Shown here: piece by piece, positions 1 through 8,854 of the stretch
How the letters are laid out: every line of letters starts with the position of its first letter
Position numbering within the stretch: the first letter of the stretch is position 1
Assembly: GCA_024679955.1 (NCBI GenBank)
Contig: JAILCQ010000001.1
Coordinates: 8,904-72,903 of the forward strand
Direction of reading: 5' to 3'
Source: Bacillota bacterium
GTDB taxonomy: Bacteria > Bacillota > Dehalobacteriia > UBA4068
DNA length: 64,000 bases
Position numbers and translations under genes: made by a program
Notes under the pieces: generated by a model
The model's database searches: none
What the model was told of the DNA's origin: nothing
Seen by the model: the letters and a program-made list of their open reading frames with translations, nothing else

Positions 1-2
1 CC

Positions 3-494
3 GCCAGACGTCCGGTGGCTCGCATCGTGGATAATCTATTGGATTTCCAAATCTTTTTTTATGCCGGGGAAAACGACGTTACGGCCATGGAAGAAGGCCG
101 GCAGGTGATGATCCGCTGGGATAAAAAGGAAGAGGATAACGAAATCGAAGACGCCATGACCCCGGCCACAATAATCGAAAAAGGCGATTTACAGGATGGT
201 TCGTCCTTTGTGCTGCTGTCTGTATCCTCCGCCGAAGACCGGCTGTTCAGCCAAAGATACGCTCTTTGCCAATTGGCGGCCGAAGAATTGCATGGTCTGA
301 CCGTGCCGGTTTCCGCCGTGTTCCAGGAGGACGCCAAATCGTATGTATATATTCGTAAGAAAAACTATGTGACCCGGCGGGAAGTGGACGTCGTCTATCG
401 TGACGAAGAGATCGCCATGGTGGAAGGGTTGAGCGCTACGGATTTTGTGGTGGCCAACCCGGGAGCCGCCAGGGAAGGCAAGCAAATCGATTAG
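3..494 (+). CDS. Efflux-transporter periplasmic adaptor (HlyD/MFP family), C-terminal part; 5' end lies outside the window
   Basis: The frame is open from position 3 with no start codon in the window. The C-terminal beta-barrel motif ...VPVSAV..YVYI..V.RREVDVVYRD..IAMVEGLSATDFVV... is typical of MFP adaptors. Confidence 0.45.
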   Translation, partial: ARRPVARIVDNLLDFQIFFYAGENDVTAMEEGRQVMIRWDKKEEDNEIEDAMTPATIIEKGDLQDGSSFVLLSVSSAEDRLFSQRYALCQLAAEELHGLTVPVSAVFQEDAKSYVYIRKKNYVTRREVDVVYRDEEIAMVEGLSATDFVVANPGAAREGKQID

Positions 495-531
495 AATAGG
501 TTTTTATTATCCATATACGGGGAGTGTTGAT

Positions 532-1221
532 ATGGGAATTGCCGAGAATATCAAAATGATACAACAGGAGATCAAAGCCGCCCAGAGCCGCAGTCCCCAC
601 GCTGCGGACGATGTGCTGCTGCTGGCGGTAAGCAAAACCAGAGACGTGGAGATGATCCGGGAAGCCATGGCCGCCGGGCTGCAGGATTTCGGCGAGAACA
701 AGGTACAGGAATGGATGGGCAAATATGAAGCCCTGCCGCAGGTCAATTGGCATTTGATCGGCCATCTGCAAACCAATAAAGTAAAATATTTAATAGGTAA
801 AACCAAATTGATCCATTCTTTGGACAGCGTTCCCCTGGCGGCGGAAATCGAAAAGCGTTCCCTGCAGGCCCAGGTGGAAACCGATGTTTTGGTCCAGGTC
901 AATATCGCGGAGGAAGACAGCAAATCCGGTCTGTTGGTTCCGGAGTTATCCGCTTTTTTGGATAAAATGGCGGATTTTCCCCATGTGAAAGTGAAAGGTT
1001 TGATGACCATCGGCCCCAATGTGACCGACACCGGGCAGATCCGCCCGGTATTTGCCGAATTGAGACGCCTGTTTCTGCAGGAAAAGGCCAGGGCCCTGCC
1101 TCATTGCCAGTGGCTGTACCTATCCATGGGCATGAGTTATGATTACAGTATCGCCGTGGAAGAAGGGGCCAATATCGTTCGCGTGGGCAGCAGTATTTTC
1201 GGCCCGCGGCTATATTTATGA
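532..1221 (+). CDS. yggS: YggS-family pyridoxal-phosphate homeostasis protein (YlmE)
   Basis: AVSKTR...GENKVQE...HLIGHLQTNK motifs. RBS GGGGAG sits 8 nt upstream of the ATG at 532. The long ORF upstream of that ATG is an N-terminal over-extension. Confidence 0.85.
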   Translation: MGIAENIKMIQQEIKAAQSRSPHAADDVLLLAVSKTRDVEMIREAMAAGLQDFGENKVQEWMGKYEALPQVNWHLIGHLQTNKVKYLIGKTKLIHSLDSVPLAAEIEKRSLQAQVETDVLVQVNIAEEDSKSGLLVPELSAFLDKMADFPHVKVKGLMTIGPNVTDTGQIRPVFAELRRLFLQEKARALPHCQWLYLSMGMSYDYSIAVEEGANIVRVGSSIFGPRLYL

Positions 1222-1313
1222 AGGAATTAAACGATAAAAATAGAAATTATACAGATGAACGTGGTTAACGTTAGATTTATAACGGCGATGTCCGAAAAAA
1301 GGAGAGACAAAAT

Positions 1314-1820
1314 ATGAGCGGCTTCTTAGATAAAATGGGCGGATTCTTTTTTAAAGATGAAGAAAGCTTTGAACCCGAGGAAGAAAGAGAAGAAACCGTC
1401 GCCAATACCAATGCATGGCGGGAACCGGAAGTCAAAAAACCTGTCAAAAGAACCAATTTGATCAGCGTCCCCACCCGGAACGCCAAAGCCGATCCCGGCC
1501 TTATGGAAATGGTTTTGATCAAAGCCACCTCCTACGACGATATGCAGGAAATCGCCAAGCATATCAAAGAACGCAAGGTAGCGGTGGTGAATTTTGAAGA
1601 TATGGATAAAGATATCGCCCAAAGAATGGTCGACTTTTTATCCGGCGCCACCTTCGCTTTGGACGGCGTGCCCCGCAAAGTATCCGGCGGCACCTTCATT
1701 TTCAGCTCCTCCAGCGTAGGCATGGTGGGACAAATCATGGAAAAAGGCGAAGAAACGGAAAACGGCGCCGGCGACGATATGCCGCACACCCCCGATCAAT
1801 GGTTTAAGGATCAATCCTAG
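1314..1820 (+). CDS. sepF: Cell division protein SepF
   Basis: Conserved SepF core ...VLIKATSYDDMQEIAKHIKERKVAVVNFEDMDKDIAQRMVDFLSGATFALDG... RBS AAAGGAGAG. Lies downstream of ylmE as in the dcw cluster. Confidence 0.9.
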   Translation: MSGFLDKMGGFFFKDEESFEPEEEREETVANTNAWREPEVKKPVKRTNLISVPTRNAKADPGLMEMVLIKATSYDDMQEIAKHIKERKVAVVNFEDMDKDIAQRMVDFLSGATFALDGVPRKVSGGTFIFSSSSVGMVGQIMEKGEETENGAGDDMPHTPDQWFKDQS

Positions 1821-1830
1821 AGAGGGTAGT

Positions 1831-2094
1831 ATGGCCTATACGTTATACACGATCGTCCGAACCGTATTTCGCGTGTACTATCTTTTGCTTTTGGCAAGGA
1901 TTCTTTTGTCTTGGATGCCGATCGGCAGGAATACCGTCACCGGCTTTATTTACGATGTGACGGAGCCTTTTTTGGCTTTTTTCCGCCGTCTTATCCCCAT
2001 AAGGACCGGCATGATCGATTTCTCGCCGATATTTGCTTTTATCGCCTTGGGGATCATGGAAAACATTATCGTTCGTTTGTTTTTTCTGTTTTAG
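1831..2094 (+). CDS. YggT-family membrane protein (YlmG)
   Basis: 87-aa membrane protein with YggT motifs (LLSWMP, FIYDVTEPFL). Sits in the dcw-cluster position between sepF and ileS. Confidence 0.8.
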   Translation: MAYTLYTIVRTVFRVYYLLLLARILLSWMPIGRNTVTGFIYDVTEPFLAFFRRLIPIRTGMIDFSPIFAFIALGIMENIIVRLFFLF

Positions 2095-2190
2095 TTTTGT
2101 TTGGATTTGGTTTTTGCGTATTTGCTATTATGCCGGTATTTTGCGGCGAAAGCATAATTTGTCGTTTAAAAGGAGTGTACAATAACGGTA

Positions 2191-5001
2191 ATGCAGGATA
2201 AGCAGGATAAGCAGGATAAGGGTGTAAACGCTGTTAACAATAAAGAACAAGAATACGGCAAAACCTTGAATTTGCCGCAAACGGATTTCCCCATGCGGGG
2301 CAATTTGCCGCAAAAAGAACCGGAAACATTGGCTAAATGGCAGGAAATGGATATATACCGCCTGGTACAGGAGAAAAACGCCGGCAAGCCCAAGTTCATT
2401 TTGCACGACGGCCCGCCCTATGCCAATGGGGATATTCATTTGGGCCATGCTTTGAACAAAGTGCTGAAAGACATGGTGGTAAAATACAAAGCCATGACCG
2501 GTTTTTCCGCGCCCTATGTGCCGGGATGGGATACCCACGGTTTGCCCATCGAGCAAAAGGCCATCAAAGATTTGGGGCTGAACCGGGACAAGGTCAGCAA
2601 GGTGGAATTCCGGGAGCACTGCAAAGGCTACGCCACCAAATATGTGAATCTGCAAAGCGAAGAATTTCAACGTCTGGGCGTTACCGCGGACTGGCAGCAC
2701 CCTTACTATACCTTGATGCCGGACTATGAAGCCATTCAGTTGGCGGCCTTTGGCGAAATGGCCAAAAAAGGCTACATCTTCAAGGGCTTGAAGCCTGTGT
2801 ATTGGTGCCCTTCCTGCGAGACCGCCTTGGCGGAAGCGGAGATTCAATACGAAGAGCATAAATCCGCCTCCATCCATGTGAAATTCCAGGTGAAAGACGG
2901 CAAAAATATTTTGCCGGAAGACGCCTATATCGTCATTTGGACCACCACCCCCTGGACCATACCGTCCAATCTGGCGATTTGCCTGCATCCGGACTTTACC
3001 TATGCGTTGCTGGCGATCCGCGGCGAAAAATGGTTGGTCGCCAAAGACATGATCGATTTCTTCCTGAAAGAGGCGGAATTGAGCGGCGAACCCTATGAAA
3101 TCACCGGCGAATACCGGGGCCGTGACCTGGAATATATCGTGTGCCGCCATCCTTTGTTCGACCGGGATTCCCTGGTGATTTTAGGCGAGCACGTTACCCT
3201 GGACGCCGGTACCGGCTGCGTACACACCGCGCCGGGCCATGGCGCCGACGACTTTGTGGTGGGCAAAAAATACGGTCTGGATGTTTTCTCGCCCCTGGAT
3301 GATCAGGGCCGTTTTACGGAGGAAGCCGGGCCCTTTGCCGGTATGGACACCAATGCCGGCAATAAAGCGGTGTGCCAGGCCTTGGAGGATTGCGGCGCTT
3401 TGGTGCATTTCCAAATGTTCACCCACCAATATCCCCATTGCTGGCGCTGTCATACGCCGATCCTCTTTCGGGCTACCGAGCAATGGTTCGCCTCCATTGA
3501 GGGCTTCCGCGAAGACGCCCTGGCCGCCATCGAAAACATCAAATTCATCCCCGCCTGGGGCAAAGACCGTATCCACAATATGGTGCAGGATCGGGGCGAT
3601 TGGTGCATTTCCCGGCAGCGTACCTGGGGCATGCCCATACCCATCTTCTATTGCGAGGATTGCGGAGAATATATCATCAACGACGATACCATTGCCCATT
3701 TGCAGAAAATATTCAAAGTCCACGGCTCTTCCGCCTGGTTCGGCATGTCTACCGAAGAGCTGCTGCCGGCAGGATACCGCTGCCCCCATTGCGGCGGCAA
3801 CCGTTTCCGCCAGGAGACCGATACCATGGACGTATGGTTCGACAGCGGCAGCAGCCACTTTGCCGTGTTGGAAAACAAAGAGCATTGGCCGGATCTGAGC
3901 TGGCCGGCGGATCTGTATCTGGAAGGTTCCGATCAGCACCGGGGCTGGTTCAATTCCTCTTTGCTGATTTCCATGGCCAACCGGGGCGTGCCCCCGTACC
4001 GTCAGGTGCTGACCCATGGCTTCCTGGTAGATGAAGAAGGGAAAAAACAGTCCAAGTCTTTGGGCAATACCATCAGCCCCCAGGATATCATCAAAAATAT
4101 GGGCGCGGACGTTCTGCGCCTGTGGGTATCTTCCACCGATTATCGTTCCGATATTGCCAATTCTCAGGGCATTTTCAAACAAATCGGCGAATCCTACCGC
4201 AAGATCCGCAACACCGTCCGCTATCTGTTGGGGAATATTTATGACTTTGACATCGACCGCGATATCGTTCCTTTCGCGGAAATGAGCGAATTGGATCAAT
4301 GGGCGATGATCACCCTGAACAAGCTGGTGGGGAAAGTATTGCGGGCCTATGAGGAATACGAATTCCACGTGGTCTATCACTCGATCCACAAGTTCTGCGT
4401 TTTGGATATGAGCGCCTTTTATCTGGACGTGGTCAAGGATACGCTGTATGCGGAAAAAGCCGATTCCCCCAAACGGCGCAGCGTGCAAACGGCCTTGTAT
4501 CATATCCTGACTACCTTGACCAAATTGCTGACGCCCATTCTGGCGTATACCACGGAAGAGATTTATTCCTATATGCCGAAAGCGGCGGACGCGCCGGTAT
4601 CCGTGCAGCTTTTGGATATGCCGGTTTATGATGAAACGATGAACGATCCGCAAATGGAGGCCAAGTGGGAAAGCTTTATGGCCGTTCGCGACGCCATTGC
4701 CAAAGAGCTGGAAAACGCCCGCCGGGAAAAACGCATCGGCCATTCCCTGGACGCTCTGGTGCAACTGGAGGCCGGCGGTGATACCTTTGCTTTGCTGAAC
4801 AGCATGAAAGCCGATTTGCCCCGTCTGCTCATCGTCTCGCAAGTGGAATTGACGGAAAGCCCCGCCGCCGGGGAAGACGCCCTGACGGTTCGCGTTGAAC
4901 CCGCCAAAGGCAAGAAATGCGCCAGATGCTGGATCTACAGCGAAAGCGTAGGCGCCGACGGAACGCAATTGTGCGAACGCTGCCGCCAGGCGCTGGCATG
5001 A
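2191..5001 (+). CDS. ileS: Isoleucine--tRNA ligase
   Basis: 936 aa. Carries the HIGH (HLGH) and KMSKS (KQSKS) motifs, the N-terminal TLNLPQTDFPMRGNLP, and C-terminal zinc-finger cysteines. RBS AAAGGAG. Confidence 0.97.
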   Translation: MQDKQDKQDKGVNAVNNKEQEYGKTLNLPQTDFPMRGNLPQKEPETLAKWQEMDIYRLVQEKNAGKPKFILHDGPPYANGDIHLGHALNKVLKDMVVKYKAMTGFSAPYVPGWDTHGLPIEQKAIKDLGLNRDKVSKVEFREHCKGYATKYVNLQSEEFQRLGVTADWQHPYYTLMPDYEAIQLAAFGEMAKKGYIFKGLKPVYWCPSCETALAEAEIQYEEHKSASIHVKFQVKDGKNILPEDAYIVIWTTTPWTIPSNLAICLHPDFTYALLAIRGEKWLVAKDMIDFFLKEAELSGEPYEITGEYRGRDLEYIVCRHPLFDRDSLVILGEHVTLDAGTGCVHTAPGHGADDFVVGKKYGLDVFSPLDDQGRFTEEAGPFAGMDTNAGNKAVCQALEDCGALVHFQMFTHQYPHCWRCHTPILFRATEQWFASIEGFREDALAAIENIKFIPAWGKDRIHNMVQDRGDWCISRQRTWGMPIPIFYCEDCGEYIINDDTIAHLQKIFKVHGSSAWFGMSTEELLPAGYRCPHCGGNRFRQETDTMDVWFDSGSSHFAVLENKEHWPDLSWPADLYLEGSDQHRGWFNSSLLISMANRGVPPYRQVLTHGFLVDEEGKKQSKSLGNTISPQDIIKNMGADVLRLWVSSTDYRSDIANSQGIFKQIGESYRKIRNTVRYLLGNIYDFDIDRDIVPFAEMSELDQWAMITLNKLVGKVLRAYEEYEFHVVYHSIHKFCVLDMSAFYLDVVKDTLYAEKADSPKRRSVQTALYHILTTLTKLLTPILAYTTEEIYSYMPKAADAPVSVQLLDMPVYDETMNDPQMEAKWESFMAVRDAIAKELENARREKRIGHSLDALVQLEAGGDTFALLNSMKADLPRLLIVSQVELTESPAAGEDALTVRVEPAKGKKCARCWIYSESVGADGTQLCERCRQALA
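2194..2220 (+). repeat. 9-nt perfect tandem repeat (CAGGATAAG x3) at the 5' end of ileS, encoding QDKQDKQDK
   Basis: Directly visible: caggataagcaggataagcaggataag. Confidence 0.9.
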
Positions 5002-5187
5002 AACGCGGCATTACGCTATTGCGATGAAATGCGCGAGCGAAAATTTCCATGTAAAATTTAAAAAAAATATAGAATCTGTATCCAAAAATGCAGGAAAAAA
5101 GAAGAGGGTGCAGAATTCTTAATATGTCCAAAAGCGTTTTTTTATAGAATGCAAAGTACAATATAATTATTTGGGAGGTTTGTTTGA

Positions 5188-6168
5188 ATGGCGAACTTTA
5201 GTGGTAAACCCGCTCAGGCAGCACTGGACAAATTCAAAAACCGCAACATCATGGATATCTCCAGTCTGAGCAAGGAAGACTTGCAAACGATTATGCAAAC
5301 GGCCGCTTATTATGATCAGGCCCTTGCGGAACACAAACGTCTTTATGACATGGACGGCAAAATCATGGCTGCTCTGTTCTTTGAACCCTCTACCCGTACC
5401 CGGTTGTCCTTTGAATCGGCTATGGAACGTTTGGGCGGCAAAGTAATTACCGTTACCGAAACCCCCGCTGCGCAGACTTCTTCCACCGCCAAAGGCGAAA
5501 CCCTTTACGATTCCATCCGTGTCGTCAACTACTATGTCGACGTTATTGCTTGCCGTTCCCCGATCAAAGGCGCTCGTTTTGAAATCGAACGTGCGGCGAC
5601 CGTTCCTTACATCAACGGCGGCGACGGTTCCGGCGAACATCCCACCCAAGCTTTGTTAGACGTTTACACCATTTACAAAGAAAAAGGCGGCTTGGACGGT
5701 TGGACCTACGCGATTTGCGGCGATTTGAAATATGGTCGCGCGCCCCACTCCCTGTTGGACGCCCTGTGCAAATTTGACGTCAAAAAGATCATCCTGGCTT
5801 CTCCTGAAGAATTGCGTATGCCTCGCGAAAATATCGACAAGATCAAAGACCTGGGCATCGAAATCGAAGAATGCTTCGATCTGGACTATGCGGCCAAAAA
5901 CGCCGATGTTATCTACATGACCAGAGTTCAGAGAGAACGTTTCTCCAGCGTAGAAGAATATGAACGGAACAAGAACATCTTCATCATGACCCAACGCCAT
6001 GTTGATATGTTCAAAGAAGGCGCGATCATCCTTCATCCGCTGCCGAGAGTCAATGAAATCGCAGTGGAAGTCGACGATTATCCGGGCGCTGCTTACTTCC
6101 GTCAAGCGGGTAACGGCGTTCCCACCAGAATGGCTTTGTTGGCCCTGGTCACCGGTAGCGTTAAATAA
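5188..6168 (+). CDS. pyrB: Aspartate carbamoyltransferase catalytic subunit-like protein
   Basis: STRTRLSFE carbamoyl-phosphate motif, HPTQALLD, and HPLPRVNEI, which is the ATCase-type HPLPR motif. RBS GGGAGG. Confidence 0.75.
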   Translation: MANFSGKPAQAALDKFKNRNIMDISSLSKEDLQTIMQTAAYYDQALAEHKRLYDMDGKIMAALFFEPSTRTRLSFESAMERLGGKVITVTETPAAQTSSTAKGETLYDSIRVVNYYVDVIACRSPIKGARFEIERAATVPYINGGDGSGEHPTQALLDVYTIYKEKGGLDGWTYAICGDLKYGRAPHSLLDALCKFDVKKIILASPEELRMPRENIDKIKDLGIEIEECFDLDYAAKNADVIYMTRVQRERFSSVEEYERNKNIFIMTQRHVDMFKEGAIILHPLPRVNEIAVEVDDYPGAAYFRQAGNGVPTRMALLALVTGSVK

Positions 6169-6183
6169 TTTCGTATTTGGATG

Positions 6184-6218
6184 GAGGGTGAGCAATCCAT
6201 TGCTCACCCTCTTTTTTC
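6184..6218 (+). terminator. Rho-independent terminator after pyrB
   Basis: GGAGGGTGAGCAATCCATTGCTCACCCTC hairpin followed by TTTTTT. Confidence 0.8.
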
Positions 6219-6313
6219 ATATCCGGCGGCAGCTTTACGGCGGGGACGAAATCCTTTCATAATTCCCGGCAAGCGGCGAATACTATCCTGCAAAGAAGCG
6301 GAAGGAGATTCCT

Positions 6314-6739
6314 ATGACAGATACACCTTTGCCACGCCGGCGTGTAAAAGCCTGTTCTTGCAGGCCGGAACAAACAGAGGAGAGGCGATTTGCCGGCCGG
6401 CGGCGGGCGACAGCCGCGCCCGGGTCCCGCAGCGCTGATAAGACCCTGGCGATAAGCGGCGAAGACGCGGAAAAAATCAACGCTTTGGCCAATTTTCTGC
6501 GCAGGATCCGCTTTGAGGACTATTTGTCCTATGCGGCCCGTCCGGGAAGAGCGATACTTTCCAACCTTTTGGCGGGGATGGCCAAAGGCTTCGGCTTTGC
6601 CATCGGTTTTTCTGTGTTGGCCTTCATCGCTTTTTATATCCTGCGCAAACTGAACGTGCTGCAATTGCCCTATATCGGCGATTTTATAGCCGATCTATTG
6701 CAGTATATCGAATCCGTAAAGCAGGTGAATCTTTACTAA
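6314..6739 (+). CDS. DUF5665-like small membrane protein with an Arg-rich N-terminal extension
   Basis: C-terminal 90 aa (...MAKGFGFAIGFSVLAFIAFYILRKLNVLQLPYIGDFIADLL...) looks like the DUF5665 family. GAAGGAGA RBS before the ATG at 6314. The true start is uncertain. Confidence 0.55.
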   Translation: MTDTPLPRRRVKACSCRPEQTEERRFAGRRRATAAPGSRSADKTLAISGEDAEKINALANFLRRIRFEDYLSYAARPGRAILSNLLAGMAKGFGFAIGFSVLAFIAFYILRKLNVLQLPYIGDFIADLLQYIESVKQVNLY

Positions 6740-6748
6740 GGAGCAAAT

Positions 6749-7198
6749 ATGTTCTGGTTGATCGTATTGTTTTGTATCGGTTTGGACCAGCTTACCAAAT
6801 ATTTGGTGGTCAGCCATATGACTTTGGGACAAAGCATACCCGTTATCCCCAATGTTTTGCATATCACCTATGTGCTGAACGAAGGGGCCAGCTTTTCCAT
6901 GCTGCAGGGGCAAAAATGGCTGTTTCTCGTGATCACCCTGGCGGTTTTGATCGCCATATGCTGCCTGCTGCGAAAGATCCCCAAAGAGGAGAAATGGCTG
7001 CGTTGGTCCATGGCCGTTTTTGTCGGCGGCATGTTGGGCAATTTTATCGACCGGCTGCGGCAGGGGGCGGTCATCGATTTTATCGATATACGCGTTTTTC
7101 CCATTTGGAATGTGGCGGACAGCCTACTGGTGCTGTCGGTGATCGCCATTGCCATCCTCGTTTTGCGAACGGAGACAAAAAGGAAACAAAAACCATGA
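6749..7198 (+). CDS. lspA: Lipoprotein signal peptidase II
   Basis: Conserved LspA motifs (NEGASFSML, FIDRL, VIDFID, WNVADS). Confidence 0.93.
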   Translation: MFWLIVLFCIGLDQLTKYLVVSHMTLGQSIPVIPNVLHITYVLNEGASFSMLQGQKWLFLVITLAVLIAICCLLRKIPKEEKWLRWSMAVFVGGMLGNFIDRLRQGAVIDFIDIRVFPIWNVADSLLVLSVIAIAILVLRTETKRKQKP

Positions 7199-8124
7199 CG
7201 GATACCACCTATACCATGATTGTGGACGGGCCGGAAAGCGGCTGCCGTTTGGATAAATACGTATCGGATCATTTGCCGGAGATATCCCGCAGCCGGGTGC
7301 AAAGCTTGATCAAGGAAAATCTGGTTTTGGTCAATCAGGCGCCGGCCAAGGCCAGCCAAAAACTGGAAGCCGGCGATGAGATCCGCTGCACAGTGCCGCC
7401 GGAACGGGAAATCCTGGTGCAGGCGCAAAATATCCCTTTGGACATCGTCTATGAGGACGCGGATTTGATCGTGGTCAATAAGCCCCAGGGCATGGTGGTG
7501 CATCCCGCCGCCGGGCATGAAGAGGATACGCTGGTAAACGCTTTGTTATACCATTGCGGCGATTTGTCCGGCATCAACGGCATGCTGCGGCCGGGCATCG
7601 TCCATCGTATAGACAAAGACACTTCCGGTTTATTGGTGGCCGCCAAAAACGATTTGGCGCATATGGGGCTGAGCCAACAGTGGCAGGGACATCATATTAC
7701 CCGGGTCTATCAGGCCCTGCTCCATGGTCAGGTGGCCGTGGCCGGAGGAACGGTGGACGCGCCCATCGGCCGGCATCCCATAGACAGAAAAAAAATGGCG
7801 GTGGAGCCCAAGCATGGACGGCCGGCGGTCACCCATTATCGGGTGCTGCGCCGCTATGCCGGGTATACCCATGCGGAGCTGCGGCTGGAAACCGGACGCA
7901 CCCATCAGATACGGGTGCATATGGCTTATTTGGGCCATCCGGTGGCGGGGGACCCTCTGTACGGCCCCAAGAAAAATCCTTTGGGCGTTGCCGGACAGGT
8001 TTTGCATGCCCAGGTATTGGGCTTTCGCCATCCCCGCAGCGGCCAATATATGGAATTTACCAGCCCGCTTCCCGCATATTTTCAGGATTTGTTGAACCGT
8101 TTGCAGCAGGGGGAAGAAAGATGA
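7195..8124 (+). CDS. rluD: 23S rRNA pseudouridine synthase, RluA/RluD family
   Basis: S4 domain, HRIDKDTSGLLVAAKND catalytic motif, ATGA overlap with the lspA stop. The upstream part of the long ORF overlaps lspA and is not coding. Confidence 0.9.
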   Translation: MTDTTYTMIVDGPESGCRLDKYVSDHLPEISRSRVQSLIKENLVLVNQAPAKASQKLEAGDEIRCTVPPEREILVQAQNIPLDIVYEDADLIVVNKPQGMVVHPAAGHEEDTLVNALLYHCGDLSGINGMLRPGIVHRIDKDTSGLLVAAKNDLAHMGLSQQWQGHHITRVYQALLHGQVAVAGGTVDAPIGRHPIDRKKMAVEPKHGRPAVTHYRVLRRYAGYTHAELRLETGRTHQIRVHMAYLGHPVAGDPLYGPKKNPLGVAGQVLHAQVLGFRHPRSGQYMEFTSPLPAYFQDLLNRLQQGEER

Positions 8125-8852
8125 ATCAACAGCAGCCCGAAACCTATGTCCCGGATGAAACAGATGCCTTTTGCCGCAGCCGTATCTTGCTGGGGGAGAC
8201 TGTGTTGCGCCGCTTGCAGGCGGCCCGGGTATGCGTATGCGGTTTGGGCGGGGTCGGCTCCTATGTGGCCGAGGCTTTGGCCCGGGGCGGCGTGGGCCAC
8301 ATCCGCCTGATCGATTGCGACGTGGTGGCGGCCAGCAATATCAACCGGCAGCTCTGCGCTTTGACCTCCAGCGTGGGCCGGTTGAAAACCGCGGTGGTGG
8401 CGGAGCGTTTGGCGCAGATACATCCGCAGACGGAAATCGAACGGCAGGAGGTCTTTATCCGGCCGGAAAACGCCGCCGGCCTCATTGCCGGCTGTGATTA
8501 TGTGTTGGACGCCATTGATTTTTTGCCCGGCAAAATCGGCCTGATCGCGGAAAGCGGCAAATCGTCCATTCCCATCGTATCGGCCATGGGCGCGGCAAAC
8601 CGCCTGCACCCGGAAAAACTGCGTTTGGCGGATATTAGCCAAACCCATACCTGCCCCTTGGCGCGGGTTATGCGCCGGGAACTGAAAAAGCAGGGGATCG
8701 TCAAAGGCGTGCCGGTGGTTTTCAGCGAGGAAATACCGCAAAAAACCGGCGGCGACGGCGCGCCCCTGGGCAGCGTTTCTTTTGTGCCTGGGGCCATGGG
8801 CTTGATCATGGCCGGTAAAGCCATACGGGATATCGGCGGAATCGAGGATTGA
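8121..8852 (+). CDS. tcdA: tRNA threonylcarbamoyladenosine dehydratase (ThiF/MoeB-family, TcdA/CsdL)
   Basis: GLGGVGSY Rossmann motif of the ThiF family. Its ATG overlaps the rluD stop (ATGA). Confidence 0.8.
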   Translation: MNQQQPETYVPDETDAFCRSRILLGETVLRRLQAARVCVCGLGGVGSYVAEALARGGVGHIRLIDCDVVAASNINRQLCALTSSVGRLKTAVVAERLAQIHPQTEIERQEVFIRPENAAGLIAGCDYVLDAIDFLPGKIGLIAESGKSSIPIVSAMGAANRLHPEKLRLADISQTHTCPLARVMRRELKKQGIVKGVPVVFSEEIPQKTGGDGAPLGSVSFVPGAMGLIMAGKAIRDIGGIED

Positions 8853-8854
8853 AT

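Noticed and set aside
2128-4968. Long minus-strand ORFs (340 aa and 595 aa) antisense to ileS
   Set aside because: They sit entirely inside a conserved aaRS gene on the opposite strand. Long antisense ORFs are typical in high-GC DNA. They show no motifs and no RBS.
6772-8124. 450-aa plus-strand ORF overlapping lspA
   Set aside because: Only the part from the ATG at 7195 onward (RluD) has homology. The upstream portion is an out-of-frame read-through of lspA.
7554-8852. 432-aa ORF extending tcdA upstream through rluD
   Set aside because: The Gly/Arg-rich N-terminal 189 aa is an alternate-frame reading of rluD. The true start is at 8121, with ATGA coupling.
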